Assembly: GCA_951406725.2 (NCBI GenBank)
Contig: OX597817.1
Location: 52,142,001 to 52,206,000, forward strand
Length of the DNA stretch: 64,000 nucleotides
Source of the DNA: Octopus vulgaris
Taxonomy: Eukaryota
Direction of reading: 5' to 3'
Made by a program: the position numbers and the translations under genes. Below are positions 49,852 to 64,000 of this stretch, piece after piece (the stretch's first letter is position 1; the number at the start of each line of letters is the position of its first letter). A model generated the notes under the pieces. The model ran no database searches, was not told the origin of the DNA, and saw nothing but the letters and a program-made list of their open reading frames with translations.

Positions 49852-52800
49852 TCTTATAAATAACAGTACAAAGTTTCAGAGTTGTACTTGTTTTTAACAG
49901 GTGACCTATATGCATGTATGTATATAGGTGTGTTTAATCACATTTATCAACGTTATTTTTAGATTACTTTTGCACCCACCCTTTTAACAACCTCTAGATA
50001 GCAGTAAGCTAACTTCTAAAGAATTTTACCCAAAAAGAAATGTACTGGAGTACTTTGCTTATACATATGCATTGGAGCATGGATAAATTAAAAACTTTAA
50101 AAAAAAAAAGTTGTAAACAAATAGGCGTAGGTGTGGCTGTGTGTTAAGTAGCTTGCTTACCAACCACAAGGTTCCGGGTTCAGTCACACTATGTGTCACC
50201 TTGGGCAAGTGTCTTCTACTATAGCCTCAGGCCGACAAAAGCCTTGTGACTAGATTTGGTAGGCAGAAACTGAAAGAAGCCCGTCGTATATATGTGTGTG
50301 GCTATGTATCTGTGTTTGTCACCCCCAACATTGCTTGGCAACCAATGCTGGTGTGTTTACATCCCATAACTTAGCGGTTTGGCAAAATAGACCGATAGAA
50401 TAAGTACTAGGCTTACATAGAATAAGTCCTGGGGTCGATTTGCTCGACTAAAGGCGGTGCTCCAGCATGGCCACAGTCAAATGACTGAAACTAGTAAAAG
50501 AGTAAATAAGTAAGGCCTAGTTTGAAGTCAATATGAATACAGGAGGTGCATAATTTCAGTAAAAGAAAAAACTGCAAGGCCTGTAAGAAGAAACCATTAA
50601 CTGCATTTCAAACAGTTTTCTGGAGCTGTGTCAATGACCAGGTCACAGATGTGTGAGGAAAAATTCTGACAGCTCAAGAAATAAGCATGAATTTAACAGT
50701 ATATGTTAGCTTTTAACCTTTCAGCATTTAGATTATTCTGTCAAATATAATGTTTATTTATTCCCAATGTTTTGAATGAATCCTGCATTATCTTGTAGCT
50801 TTGAGATTTTGATGATGTTATTGTTTATTTTTAAGATGACATTTACAAGGTAGATACGAGAGGCTAGGTTGGGATGGTTTGAACATAAAGCAAGTGGAAT
50901 ATTTCGGCTGGACATGGTCAGTTTAAATGTTAAAGGGTCAAATAGCTAAACAAACTCTTCTGATGACATAAATGTAATAATGTTATGTTATTACATTAGT
51001 TATTTATTAATTATTTGATAGTTTTATCTATCTCACCATTCAATAATGTTTCAAGCTCTCAAAAAGTAAAATGAAGATATGATATGAATCACCAAATTGG
51101 AATGAGATGTTCTGACAATCAAACAGTTAAGGGTCTAGGGACACAACACAATGATTGCTGTAGTAAAGGTTTTTGAATGTGTAACCATATAGTCGGTCAG
51201 TAGTGTGTTTAAAAGATATTAAATCATAAAATTTAACCTTCTGCCTATTTTTTTTCAACCACCAGAGTAATTTGGGACTTATGAAAAGGAAAGCTTTACA
51301 TTGCTCAGAACATACAAAACAAGCATGGACATTTTGGACAACTTATAAAAATGCTTTGGAAAGGCAATGTGTTAAAGATAACAAAAAAAAAAAAAAAAAA
51401 AACCCAATTATTTTTTCTAATTTCTGATATGGTTTCTGCAAGAAGCAATTCAAGGGTTTACGTTTGAAAAAGAAACAAATAGCAAGGAGTTGTCTTTAGA
51501 TGAATCAGCTATAAATATTCATCTACCAAGGAAGAATATTTTGAGAGCATAAGTGAAAATCTTCAAAATGCTTTTCAAAATTTTATGGCAATATAATCAA
51601 ACAATACGATGCCAATTCATATTTTTTCACTTTACAGAAAATGCAAAATTATGTAGTTATATACACCTGGTGACAAAATTTCAAGTCTGTACATAAAAAG
51701 TTAAAGTGACAAACAAATATTGTTGTGAACAATCTTGATTATGATTAATTTAAACCAATGTGAATGAAAGAGTAATCCAAACACTTAAGGATTAAAGTAT
51801 ACACTGGTTTTACAATTAATGAATAAAAATTATAAATTACACTGATGCAATGGTATTGTATGCTTCTATAAAAATCAAGTGAAAGACACCTTAAGAGTAA
51901 TAATCTGGGAGCAGCCAACTGGCTTCCGTACCCATGGCACGTAAAAGGGCATCATTTGAGCGTGATCGTTACCAACATCGCTTCACTGGCACCTGTGCCG
52001 GTGGCACGTGTAAAAGATTCAAGCAAGGTCATTGCCAGTACCGCCTGACTGGCGCCTGTGGCACGTAAAAAGCACCCACTACACTCTCAGAGTGATTGGC
52101 GTTAGTTAGGAAGGGCATCCAGCTGTAGAAACTCTGCCAGATCAAGATTGGAGCCTGGTGCAGCCATTTGGTTCGCCAGCCCTCAGTCAAAATCGTCCAA
52201 CCTATGCTAGCAGGGAAAGCAGACGTTAAACGATGATGATGTCACCTTACCAAGAAACCATTACTGATGTGAAGACAAGGAAAGATGCACACACACACAC
52301 ACACACATTCAGTTTCTTTGTACAAAATCCATTCACAAGGCTTTGTCAGCCTGCGGCTATAGCAAGAAACATTTTGCCCTTGGTGCCAAGCATTGGGACC
52401 GAGCCCAAAGCCATGGGTTTGGGAAACAAACCTCTTAACCGCATAGAAACTCCTGTGCCTACAAAACAGTGCATGTTCACCTACAGAGAGCAGAATTTTA
52501 TCAGTACCAATTTTTATTTTGGTATTTACCAACACTCAAGACGTAAATGCGAAAATAAACACACACACACAAGTAACATTTAACCTCAAAACTATAAAAT
52601 GAAACTAAATACATTTGACATCTTGTTGACCAACTTATTAATCTGTGATGGAAAATAATAAACCACTGCTCTATCAAGACAAATTCAACAGAATTTCGTC
52701 GGTTGTTTTAACTTCTTATTTCTTTATTGCTCACAGGGGGCTAAACATAGAGGGGACAAACAAGGAGAAAGGGATTAAGTTGATTACATCGCCCCCAGTG

Positions 52801-53122
52801 CGTAACTGGTACTTAATTTATCAACCCCATAAGGATGGCAGGCAAAGTCGATCTCGGCAGAATTTGAACACAGAACATAACGGAAGACGAAATATTGCTA
52901 AGAGTTTCGCCCAGTGTGCTAACATTTCTGCCAGTTCACTGCCTTTTAACTTCTGACGAAGGTTTATTAATTGAGAGCTTTACATTTGATTCAATTACTT
53001 ACACACACTCACACACACAAAAGAAATTCAGTTACAACAGATTTTTGACTTGCAGTCACTATTCCTATATATAATAGTTATTAGTTGTATGGTAACTAGT
53101 TCAGCAAACGAGTCAGACCATT

Positions 53123-53161
<39 letters not shown>

Positions 53162-55520
53162 AAAATAAGTACGTACACATTGACAACAAAGTTGACTAAG
53201 ACAGGTAGAAGTAATAAATAAATGTGACTGAGGCACAACGCAACAAGGGCAGCAGAGTTTGAAAAATAGGAATTCCAGATTAGATGTCTTGCTCAATAAC
53301 AACAACAACAACAATTCTACTGCAGTTCAATTCGTTAGACAAAATTATAGCTCTGTTCTATTTAAGCAACAGTAAACAGCAAGCAAGCAAGCAAGCAAAC
53401 AAGTCCTTCAAAATGCAAGTAAACAAACAAGTACAAATAGACAGAATACAACCTCCTAACTCAAATGCTATTATATTCAAGCTGTGTCCATAGTGCATAC
53501 ATTATCATTATGAACCTGAAATCAGACACACATACACCTACACACACTGTAGATAACAATGCTTATCTTATAAGACATGTTAAGTTAATTCAAAAAGTTG
53601 TTTTATTTTATTAGCCCATTTGCTTTACTGAGTCGGTGTTTATTTGCGAAATTAACATTTGTTAAATAAAAGCCTGCTTTTCTTTGATCAGATGCAGTGA
53701 GACTTTAAAATATTTTTTAAATAGTTAAAAACAGTCGTCGACGTTTTTCTATGTATTTTAAAATCAATACAACTTGAAAAGAAATTAGAATTTTCTTGTG
53801 GTGAAATTTAAATTATATTTCAACAAGTGAAGGTCACTCAATACTGTGCTACTTTTGCTGTTATGATATCATTGGATTATTGTTAAACAGAGCTCTTTAC
53901 AAACATTGGGAAAAATAACATATGTGCTTAGCCATGAATCCAACAGCTCTAGGATGCAAATTCACAGCTTAAATAACTTGGAAAAGTAAGTCTGTGAGCA
54001 CAGACACATACTGAGGATTGAAAATCGAAGACAGTGGATATTATTCATAATTTACTGGCTGTGTGGTAAGTAGCTTGCTTACCAACATGGTTCCGGGTTC
54101 AGTCCCACTGCGTGGCACCTTGGGCAAGTGTCTTCTACTATAGCCTTGGGCCGACCAAAGCCTTGTGAGTGGATTTGGTAGACAGAGACTGAAAGAATCC
54201 CGTTGTATATATGTATACATATGTGTGTGTGTGTGTGTGTCTGTGTTTGTCCATCCAACATCGCTTGACAACTGATGCTGGTGTGTTTACGTCTCCATAA
54301 CTTAGCGGTTCGGCAAGAGACCAATAGACTAAGTACTAGGCTTACAAAGAATAAGTCCTGGGGTCGATTTGCTCGACTAAAGGCGGTGCTCCAGCACGGC
54401 CACAGTCAAATGACTGAAACAAGTAAAAGAGTAAAGAGTAAGAGATATAAGCATTTTTGCAATTGTCCAAAATAGTATGAAACTTTTTATTTGGCTGGAA
54501 TGTTTTGAAACTGATATTGAGAACCAAGTGTGATATTTTAATAACAGCAGCAGCATGCTGCTACTACTATTATATTATTATTATTATTATGGCAGAATTG
54601 TTAGCACACCAGGCAAATGCTTAGCAGCATTTCGTTGATCATTATGTTCTGAGTTCAAATTTGCCTGTTGTCTTTCTAAGGTTGATATAAGAAGAACCAG
54701 TTAAACACCAGAGCTGACGTAATCAACTTGCTTCCTCCCTGCAAATTTTAGGGCCTGTGCAATATAGCAGAAAGGATTGTTAACAATTAACTGCTTTGTA
54801 CGTTTGATCATGAATAATCAGAGTTATTCATCAATGGGTGATTGAGAGAGAGAGAGAGAACGAGATGATTGGGAGCAGTTGTATGGATGCAGGTGATTTA
54901 GCAGGATGGACAGGACATTCAGCCTGTTTTGGCACTGGAGAAGAAACACACACACACACACACACACACACTCAGATTAAAAAGAAAGTGAGAGGGGCAT
55001 GTATTACAATTTATGAATTGAACCTGAATGGCACAAACACTTTCCTCTACCTCATACATGTACAGATAAATATGTTCACATGAAGCGAGGAGAAACATTT
55101 CAATGCCTAATGTCGAATAAGTTAATGTTGAATAGGCAACACCAAACAAGTGACATCAAAACATCTCAAACCCACCAATAAAATGAGAGATCAAATCTGA
55201 ACAAACTTTATGCAGAAATATTAAAAACATAAGGGGAAATAATTACAACTGGTAATGGTCTCAGCTGACCACATGTTTTAATTTTACTCTAAAGGTGCTT
55301 ACCAGACAAAACACATATTTGTACATGCATTGCTTATGGTTTTCATCATCAGATGTCGAAATTAAGACAAAGGATAATCAGTTTCACAGGTGCTTTGAAC
55401 AGAAGGAAGAGATAAACCAAAAGAAGTTAATATGTGTGTGAAAGGAATAGAAGTTAACAACCAAGACAAATTAAAGGACCAACTTTGTTAGTTTTTGACT
55501 GATACATCATTCACCACAAT

Positions 55521-57770
55521 TCATCATCATCATCATCATCATCATTTAACGTCCGCTTTCCATGCTAGCATGGGTTGGACGGTTCAACTGGGGTCTGGGG
55601 AGCCCGAAAGCTGCACCAGTCCAGTCAGATCTGGCAGTGTTTCTACAGCTGGATGCCCTTCCTAACGCCAACCACTCCGAGAGTGTAGTGGGTGATTTTA
55701 TGTGCCACCGACACAGGTGCCAGACGAGGCTGGCAAACGGCCACGCTCGGATGGTGTTTTTTATGTGCCACCGACACAGGTGCCAGACGAGGCTGGCAGA
55801 CGGCCACGCTCGGATGGTGTTTTTTTATGTGCCACCGACACAGGTGCCAGACGAGGCTGGCAGACGGCCACGCTCGGATGGTGTTTTTATGAGCCACCGA
55901 CACAGGTGCCAGACGAGGCTGGCAGACGGCCACGCTCGGATGGTGTTTTTATGTGCCACCGACACAGGTGCCAGATGAGGCTGGCAAACGGCCACGATCG
56001 GATGGTGCTTGTTACGTGCCCACAGCACGGAGGCCAGTCGATGCGGTACTGGCTACGGCCACGTTCGGATGGTTTTCTTATGTGCCACGTGCCACCGGCA
56101 CTGGTACCACAAAGATACAGATTCCATTGATGTTCATCTATTTTGATTTGTTTTGATTTTGATTTTCACTTGCCTCAACAGGTCTTCACAAGTGTCACAA
56201 GAAGGAAGGTATGCACAGGTGGACTGACTACGTCCCAGGTAGGGGCCATGGGTTATGGCCTGACTAGTCTTGCCGGGTCTTCGGATGGTGTTTTTATGTG
56301 CCACCGACACAGGTGCTAGATGAGGCTGGCGAACGGCCACGATCGGATGGTGTTTGTCATGTGCCCACCGCACTGACTACAGCATTGATGGATTTCTTGT
56401 GTGCCACAGGCACTGGTACCACAAGATACAAATTCCATTGATGTTCATCTATTTTGTCTATTTTGATTTGATTTGATTTGATTTTCACTTGCCTCAACCG
56501 GTCTTCACAAGTGTCACAAGAAGGAAGGTATGCACAGGTGGACTGACTAGTCTTGCCGGGTCTTCGGAAGGTGTTTTTATGTGCCACCGACACAGGTGCC
56601 AGATGAGGCTGGCGAACGGCCATGATCGGATGGTGTTTGTTACGTGCCCACAGCACGGAGGCCGGTCGATGCGGAACTGGCTACGGCCACTTTCGGATGG
56701 TTCTCTTGTGTGCCACCGGCACTGGTACCACAAAGTGTGTGCCACCGGCACTGGTACCACAAAGATACAGATTCCATTGATGTTCATCTATTTTGATTTG
56801 TTTTGATTTTGATTTTCACTTGCCTCAACAGGTCTTCACAAGTGTCACAAGAAGGAAGGTATGCACAGGTGGACTGACTACGTCCCAGGTAGGGGCCATG
56901 GGTTATGGCCTGACTAGTCTTGCCGGGTCTTCGGATGGTGTTTTTATGTGCCACCGACACAGGTGCTAGATGAGGCTGGCGAACGGCCACGATCGGATGG
57001 TGTTTGTCATGTGCCCACCGCACTGACTACAGCATTGATGGATTTCTTGTGTGCCACAGGCACTGGTACCACAAGATACAAATTCCATTGATGTTCATCT
57101 ATTTTGTCTATTTTGATTTGATTTGATTTGATTTTCACTTGCCTCAACCGGTCTTCACAAGTGTCACAAGAAGGAAGGTATGCACAGGTGGACTGACTAG
57201 TCTTGCCGGGTCTTCGGAAGGTGTTTTTATGTGCCACCGACACAGGTGCCAGATGAGGCTGGCGAACGGCCATGATCGGATGGTGTTTGTTACGTTCCCA
57301 CAGCACGGAGGCCGGTCGATGCGGAACTGGCTACGGCCACTTTCGGATGGTTCTCTTGTGTGCCACCGGCACTGGTACCACAAAGTGTGTGCCACCGGCA
57401 CTGGTACCACAAAGATACAGATTCCATTGATGTTCATCTATTTTGATTTGTTTTGATTTTGATTTTCACTTGCCTCAACAGGTCTTCACAAGTGTCACAA
57501 GAAGGAAGGTATGCACAGGTGGACTGACTACGTCCCAGGTAGGGGCCATGGGTTATGGCCTGACTAGTCTTGCCGGGTCTTCGGATGGTGTTTTTATGTG
57601 CCACCGACACAGGTGCTAGATGAGGCTGGCGAACGGCCACGATCGGATGGTGTTTGTCATGTGCCCACAGCACGGAGGCCAGTCGATGCGGTACTGGCTA
57701 CGGCCACTTTCGGATGGTTTTCTCTTGTGTGCCACCGGCACTGGTACCACAAAGATACAAATTCCATTTT
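55521..57770 (-). repeat. Family B retroposon expanded into tandem arrays: about 5 x 59-bp units and about 2.5 x 650-bp units
   Basis: Near-identical ORFs recur at 56134, 56784 and 57434 (period 650). The short units lie at about 55697-55990. Confidence 0.9.
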
Positions 57771-58574
57771 TAGTGTTAAAAAATCCAGGTCCTATCACAT
57801 TGATCATACAAACACATCTATTTAGGTCACACAAAACTTTTACTTCTTATTTCTTTATGGCCCACAAGGGGCTAAAGATAGAGGGGACAAACAAGGGCAG
57901 ACAACGGCAGTCAGTCGATTACATTGATCCCAGTGCGTAACTGGTATTTAATTTATCGATCCTGAAAGGATGAAAGGCAAAGTCGACCTTGGCAGAATTT
58001 GAACTCAGAACGTAACAGCAGATGAAATATCGCTAAGCATTTCACTCGGCGTGCTAAAGTTTCTACCAGCTCACTGTCTTAAAACATTTACTCCTATCCC
58101 TCCCTCCAGCTAAATACTGAGGTTTATAGAAAGATGTAATTCTTCAGCCACAGTGGAGGTGAACCATCTGGGTTTCGCTCACTCAGAACAACCCAATAGA
58201 ATACAAAAAGATTATAAGCTGATTATGCACTGAGGAGGCATAGATTTCTCAAGACGGAAAGAAGGCAACCCACCAAGAAGAGCAGGAATTTTAAATACAC
58301 AAACTCTTTAGCATTCAGGTGTCTTTGTTAAATATATATCTTATTCATTATATTAATCAGACATTATCTTGTAACTTCAAGATTTCGATTATGTGTTTGT
58401 ATATTTTTAGAATGACATAGTAAGGTAGGTGCAAGAAGTTGGATCCGGTCAGTTTTAACATAAAACAGGAAGAATATTTGGGTTGGATGTGGCCACATTA
58501 AATACTGACGGGCTAACTGAAGATGGACAAAGTGTTGAAGAAAACAGCCCTCTCTAATGCTGGGGGCATGATGA

Positions 58575-58880
58575 AATGCACATGGTCCATGCTGTGATTG
58601 GCAATAGAAAAGGGATCCCCCAAAAAAAAAACCTTATTTGCATATACAGGACAATGACTTCCTCTAGGTATGAGCATCCATCAGACATCACCAACTCAGC
58701 TGCAAAACCTCAGGGTCGCCACCTTCTACACATGTTGGAGAGATTGTAAAAATGCTAGAGTAGAAACAAGTAGCTCTGCTCTGCAGACAAATGGAAAAAT
58801 AGAGGGAAGCTATAGCCAGCCTCCTCACAAGCAAGGAACAGCGGCAAAGATTTTTAGTACAAGGAAGGAGTGAAGTGGAA
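58575..58880 (+). pseudogene. Decayed RTE LINE 5' end and start of the endonuclease
   Basis: Broken frames read LRVATF..VGEIVKMLE...W..RGS..ASLLTSKEQR. Confidence 0.5.
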
Positions 58881-59821
58881 AACAGCCATCTGATCATCTA
58901 CCATTCAGATAAACTTTATACTTATCAGGTGGACAGATGGTTGTGAAAAATTAGATTTTACTCAGTGGAGAATGCACCATGCAACATAGACAAGTGGTTA
59001 GCAAAAACAAGGTAAATGTGAGATCAATCAGTAGCACTCAACCTCTTCTTTACAATGGTACAAGATTCATGTTTTGCCTCACAAAATATACGAAATATTC
59101 TCATATTCTAATGTTAGAGATTTCATTGAAAATGCTTTTTTTTTTTTAAACATAACTACTGTACCTGGTTTTAATATTTAATTTCAAAGAAAACTCTTGA
59201 CTTTAGTAAACAACCAATACACTTCTGACATTTTCTACCCCTTTGTGAACTCACAACATCCCCAAAGGGGAACTACCACTATGTTAGATGGACTCAGGTT
59301 CACAAGATAATTTAGAAAAAGTATGGAAGCTGAAAAATCCCTCAACCATTCAACATATAACAACAAAAGACACCAGGGAAGTTTTTACAAGACAACCTAC
59401 TGCAAACCACAGACCAGATGTGAGGATAGATCAAGGTTCCAGTAACATAAGAAGTGATAGTAGCAAAATGATAGAGTAGACAAAGACACAAAAACAACAA
59501 AAAAAAAAAAAACAAGAGATAAGAATAGAAGTGGGAGTAAGAAATAAATCTCAAGCAGCAAACAGAAGAAGCTAGATCAGATATATAAACCAAGATAAGA
59601 AGCAGAAAGTTAAGAGCTGTCAAGGTTCTGCAACAACAAAATTAGACTCACAAGGTGCTCCAGATTACAAAGTGTGTCAACGTGACCAGAGGCATTAGTT
59701 AGAAATGTGTTGGGAAAGCTACTGGTGCACTCACCCTCATTGATTCCAAAGAGATATAGTCACGTATCTGAGAAGGCGAAAGGGAGGGAGAGAGACTACT
59801 CCAAATTCAACAACAGAGCCA

Positions 59822-60160
59822 GGAGGCGCAATGGCCCAGTGGTTAGGGCAGCGGACTTGCGGTCGGAGGATCACAGCTTCGATTACCAGGCGTTGTGTGT
59901 GTTTATTGAGTGAAAACACCTAAAGCTCCACGAGGCTCCAGCAGGGGGTGGTGGCGACCCCTTGCTGTACTCTTTCGCTCCAACTTTCACTCTTTCTTCC
60001 TGTTTCTTGTCCCTGACTTCCTATGCAACCGCTGAGCCTGGATGCACATTCATCCACCTGTCGATGCTCTCGGTGTCAGGGGTTGACTTGCTTTCTCTTC
60101 TGCGGGTCTTACAAATAGCAAAGGACCATGTTTTGGACTTCTCCCACAGGGACGAAGACC
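59822..60160 (+). mobile_element. tRNA-derived SINE, family D
   Basis: Head shared with 15461; the 3' part differs. Confidence 0.7.
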
Positions 60161-61447
60161 GCTTCACTCAACAAACAAACAGCAGAACCAGCTCCTAAAG
60201 TTGAGAGCTATATAGTTGAAAGGTCTGTAAAGGATACGAAGCTAGCATCATAAGTAGCTAGATCACCATGGGTAATTCCTGAGATACTGAAATTATCCAG
60301 TGAAGCAAGGTATAAATAGTCACTTAATAAGGCTGCACAAGGAGATTTCATCCCTAATGACTAATATAACAGGATTTAGTTCCCCACCCCCACCTCATGC
60401 TGTTTATTATGGTACTCTTGGCTGTAACAAGCAAATTTAAGACAGCTCTAGGATCTCCTTTATGCTGATAACTTAGTTCTTAAAAACCTAATCCGGCAAA
60501 TAATTAGAGGAAATATTGCAAACATAGAAACAGAGCCCAAAATGAAAGTGTAAAAATAAAGACAAAAGCCATTATTAGTAGGGAAGAACACAAAACTCTA
60601 TTACAAGCAGCCATGTTCAATATAAAGAGAAAGTAACATCTATCCTTGTTTACCATGGGTATTTGATTACAAAAGACACAGTGTTAAATGAATAACAAAC
60701 CATATGGGGGAAAATAGGTTTCATTCTGAGACCCCCAAGGTGCACCCCAAACTCAATCAAACATTCAGTTTTCAAACACACATAATGATATTGTTTCATA
60801 GTTGGGATAATATTTAGGGTAAAATGTAATAACATATGATCAGTAAACGTATGTAAATTCATACAGAAGAAAAATACACAACTTTGCAGCATCGTGATGT
60901 AAACACGAGCAATAAATTAGTGCATTCTGTGCAGCTGAGCATCGTGACCGGTCACTGAGAAACACTTCTGTACTCCAAGTGGGATCTTTGATATGTTGCA
61001 GACCTGTGTTAACACAGATCAGTTTGTGTTCCAGCTGTAGAAACACTGCCAGATCAGACTGGAGCCTGGTGCAGCCTCCTGGCTTCCCAGACCCCAGTCG
61101 AACCGTGCAACCCATGCTAGCATGGAAAACGGACGTTAAATGATGATGATGATGTAACAAGGTTCACAATTAAGCATATGTTATCTTGGATCAGTGATAA
61201 ACAAGGATAGATGCATAGGAAGAAGGTCTGTACTGTTTATCCAAAATAAATTACAAGTATGCAAAAGATGGAATGTGCTTAGATGCAGGCTGAGAAAAAA
61301 GAAAAGACTTTGCATGCAACAAATGCACAGGAAATATTTAGCAGTAAGAACATTTATGGAATGAATTCTTTGAAATGCCCAGAAGACTTTCTAGAGAGAG
61401 AGTGATAGAGAGCTTCTGTTATTGAGAAGATTTAACAAACAATGGTT

Positions 61448-61756
61448 CTATCTATCTATCTATCCACTCAGTCGAAGTTAACTCTCGGTTACTCGATGGA
61501 TCAGTGTCCTCCAGCCAGTTCTATCCTGGGTCACTTCTTTCAGATTGGCTATGTCCATTCCCGTGTCACTCTTGATGGTGTCAAGCCAGCGGGTTCTTGA
61601 TCAGCCTCTTCCTCTCTTGCCACTGACCATTCCGAGCATGATGTCTTTCTCTGGGGATTTTCTCCGCATATGACCAAAATATGTTAATCTATACTTGGTG
61701 GTCCTAGCTTCTAGCGACAGTTTCGGTTTGATCTGATTAAGAACTTCTTAACTTCT
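61448..61756 (-). mobile_element. 5'-truncated RTE (BovB-like) LINE end with an (ATAG)n tail
   Basis: Reads EVLNQIKPKLSLEA...LTYFGHMRRKSPEKDIMLGMVSGKRGRG..TRWLD...QDRTGWRTLIHRVT. TSD AACAATGGTT at 61438-61447 and 61757-61766. Confidence 0.85.
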
Positions 61757-62855
61757 AACAATGGTTAGCCAGAATGAAAACAGGAGAAAAACAGTCCATG
61801 GAACTATTATTACTTCCAGTGGTAACAAAGGGATTTTCTCATTGTCTGAAATCTGGTATTACATGGTAGCAAGGCATAGACACTGAATGCAAAAACTGTA
61901 CAAAGGTGAGAAGAAACAAAGTGAGCACGGTCCAGTGAACATGAGTAGAAACAGCAGAGCACAAATGAATTGAGAGAAAAATTGGGTAGAAGAGGAATCA
62001 ACTGTAATGTACATCACTATCACCATTCAAAATCCACTTTTCTATGCTCACCTGAGTCAGTTAGAATTTGTCAAAGCCCTTCCTGTCACCAACCCTCATC
62101 TGTTTCCAAATAAGGTAATACTTCCCCATAGCTAGACATGTTTTTTTTTTAGGGAAGATAGGAAATGAATAACTTCGCTTGTATAACACTGATGCTCGTT
62201 TACAACTATCGTGTGATGTCAGAACAAGGGTATACACATACACACACATGAAGGGGCTCTTTCAGTTTCCATCTACCAAATCCACTCAGAGAGCTTTGAT
62301 TCCCAACCTGTGGACTACAAAGGAGTACTGGTGATCCGTGAACGTGTTAAGCTGACAGACCCTTCTGGGGTCCATGGGAAAACTCATTTAAATAAAAAGG
62401 GTCCTTTGTAGAGAAATGTTGGGAACCACTGAGCTAGAATACGAGACGCATATCCAAGGTGCCACATAGTGGAACTGAACCAAAAACCACATGGTTATGG
62501 AACAATCTTAACCATACAGCCACACCAGCACCTATAAGAGAAGAATGTGCTGATATGGACATGTAATCCACATGAAGGTTGACAACAGGGTAAATCCAAG
62601 ATTGAAGAAAACGGAAATAAATGGTTAAGAATAATTTCAGGTAACTGGATCTCACAAATGAAATGGCATGAGACTGCTAGAAAAGAGTGGCCTTGCTGAA
62701 GATCTGTCCAAGAATAGAAAAACTATATACATACACACACATATATATATATATATGGGGGGGGGGGAGATTCGGTAATATTGCGAATAAAGGGACCTCA
62801 CTCTCTATTTGTATCACATCGGAATGAACTATGACTTAATTTTTCCTCTCACACC

Positions 62856-62907
62856 GTCTCCGATGAAGGGATATTATTAATTAATATCCTAGAAACAGCT
62901 GTAATAC
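62856..62907 (+). ncRNA. Penelope-type minimal hammerhead ribozyme motif in a pLTR-like fragment (about 62757-62980)
   Basis: Reads gtct-CCGATGA-ag-GGATATTA-ttaat-TAATATCC-ta-GAAA-CAGCTG-TA-atac. Stem III is palindromic. Confidence 0.6.
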
Positions 62908-62977
62908 TTTCTATATATAAATGCTCTAATATCTATACAGCCTTGGGTTTTTTTTTTATCTCATTACGCAAAAATTC

Positions 62978-63010
<33 letters not shown>

Positions 63011-63168
63011 TGCCCGAGGGTATAAAAGGAATTGTTATCTAGAAGACCCAAAGAGTGACAGGTAATGCTAAGTAAGTGCTATGGACAGGCCATAGTTAAA
63101 ACTCTTGGTTTGATCATGATTCGAGTGACGAGTTTAATGTGGGTCTTATTATCTGTTTTTGTCTGATG

Positions 63169-63200
<32 letters not shown>

Positions 63201-63697
63201 GTAGTGTGTGTGTCAGTTTTAGTGAAGTTTAAAGGTCAATGATGTCATGTTTACAATTTCATTTTGAAATACTAAATATAACATTAGTGAAGTGGAAAAT
63301 GGAAATGCTGTTGGGTCAAGAGAGGAAAACATAGTAAAGTAAAACAGTGCGTTGATTAACACTCGTTAACCACTCCCAGAACTCTTGACTTGAAATTTTA
63401 AATCAATTCCTCATTTCTTTCAATATACAACTGAAGCACAAGAAGTTTTTATAAATATATACACAAAAAAAAAAAGAAAGTGGCTGATTTAAAACAGGAA
63501 GAATATCAAAAGGGTTTTTTTTTTTTTTTTTTTTTTTTGTTTAACTACGATATGAATGAGATTTAAAACATTGCTAGAGAACTTTTGAAAACGTATTGAA
63601 ATGAACACCAGCTGACAAGTTCTATCTTTTCTCATATCGAATCTCTCTCTCATATCTGTGTGTGTTTTAGGAAAACCGCAAACAGCTTTTCTTTCAA

Positions 63698-64000
63698 ATC
63701 TCTCTATATATAAACGGCAAAATGTCTGTCTGTGTGTGTGTGTGTGTCCTTTATACAAATCCACAATTTTTCAGTTAGAGGGCTCGCACTTTCTATGGTC
63801 ATTCAAAATCAACCAATGGTGGTCGTGCACATCTTTACATTTCCCCAGTCACCCCGCAAAGCCATTAAAAAATCAATAGAAGTGACATTTTTGTGAATTT
63901 TCTGTCCAAAACCCAATCAAAATGCCCGAAACTTGATACGCCAATTGAATGCCAGCTAGCTGTATGTGATTGGTCGGAGATTTGGACAGTACTCACGTGT
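63698..64000 (+). mobile_element. Probable non-autonomous Helitron-like element, 5' end, running off the window
   Basis: atctc..tatatataaa followed by (TGTC)/(TG)n. No 3' hairpin or CTAG end is visible. Confidence 0.35.

Noticed and set aside
55562-57940. Repetitive ORFs (CHRHRCQTRLADGHARM...)
   Set aside because: Translations of tandem repeat DNA, open in several frames on both strands.

Overview
AT-rich, repeat-dense animal genomic DNA. The SINE/RTE repeat families and microsatellites look like those of an octopus or other coleoid cephalopod; this is inferred from recalled repeat patterns, not from a search. The only protein gene I can support is the 3' part of TTC27 on the + strand: nine GT-AG exons from 1061 to a TAA at 11651, giving 843 nt in one frame (280 aa). 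Almost all ORFs in the track are spurious or come from transposons. The rest of the window is a mosaic of tRNA-headed SINEs, RTE- and CR1-group LINE fragments, a solo LTR, two decayed mariners, an internally deleted piggyBac with TTAA MITEs, fold-back elements and (TA)n-centred palindromes. The most interesting signal is a set of short elements carrying Penelope-type minimal hammerhead ribozyme motifs. One family joins a tRNA-like Pol III head to a hammerhead and occurs as a head-to-head inverted dimer at about 35.2-35.6 kb. Unrelated hammerhead-like motifs lie at about 62.9 kb and about 10.0 kb, the latter inside an insert flanked by a 77-bp direct repeat. A nascent higher-order satellite built from a retroposon 3' region sits at 55.5-57.8 kb.
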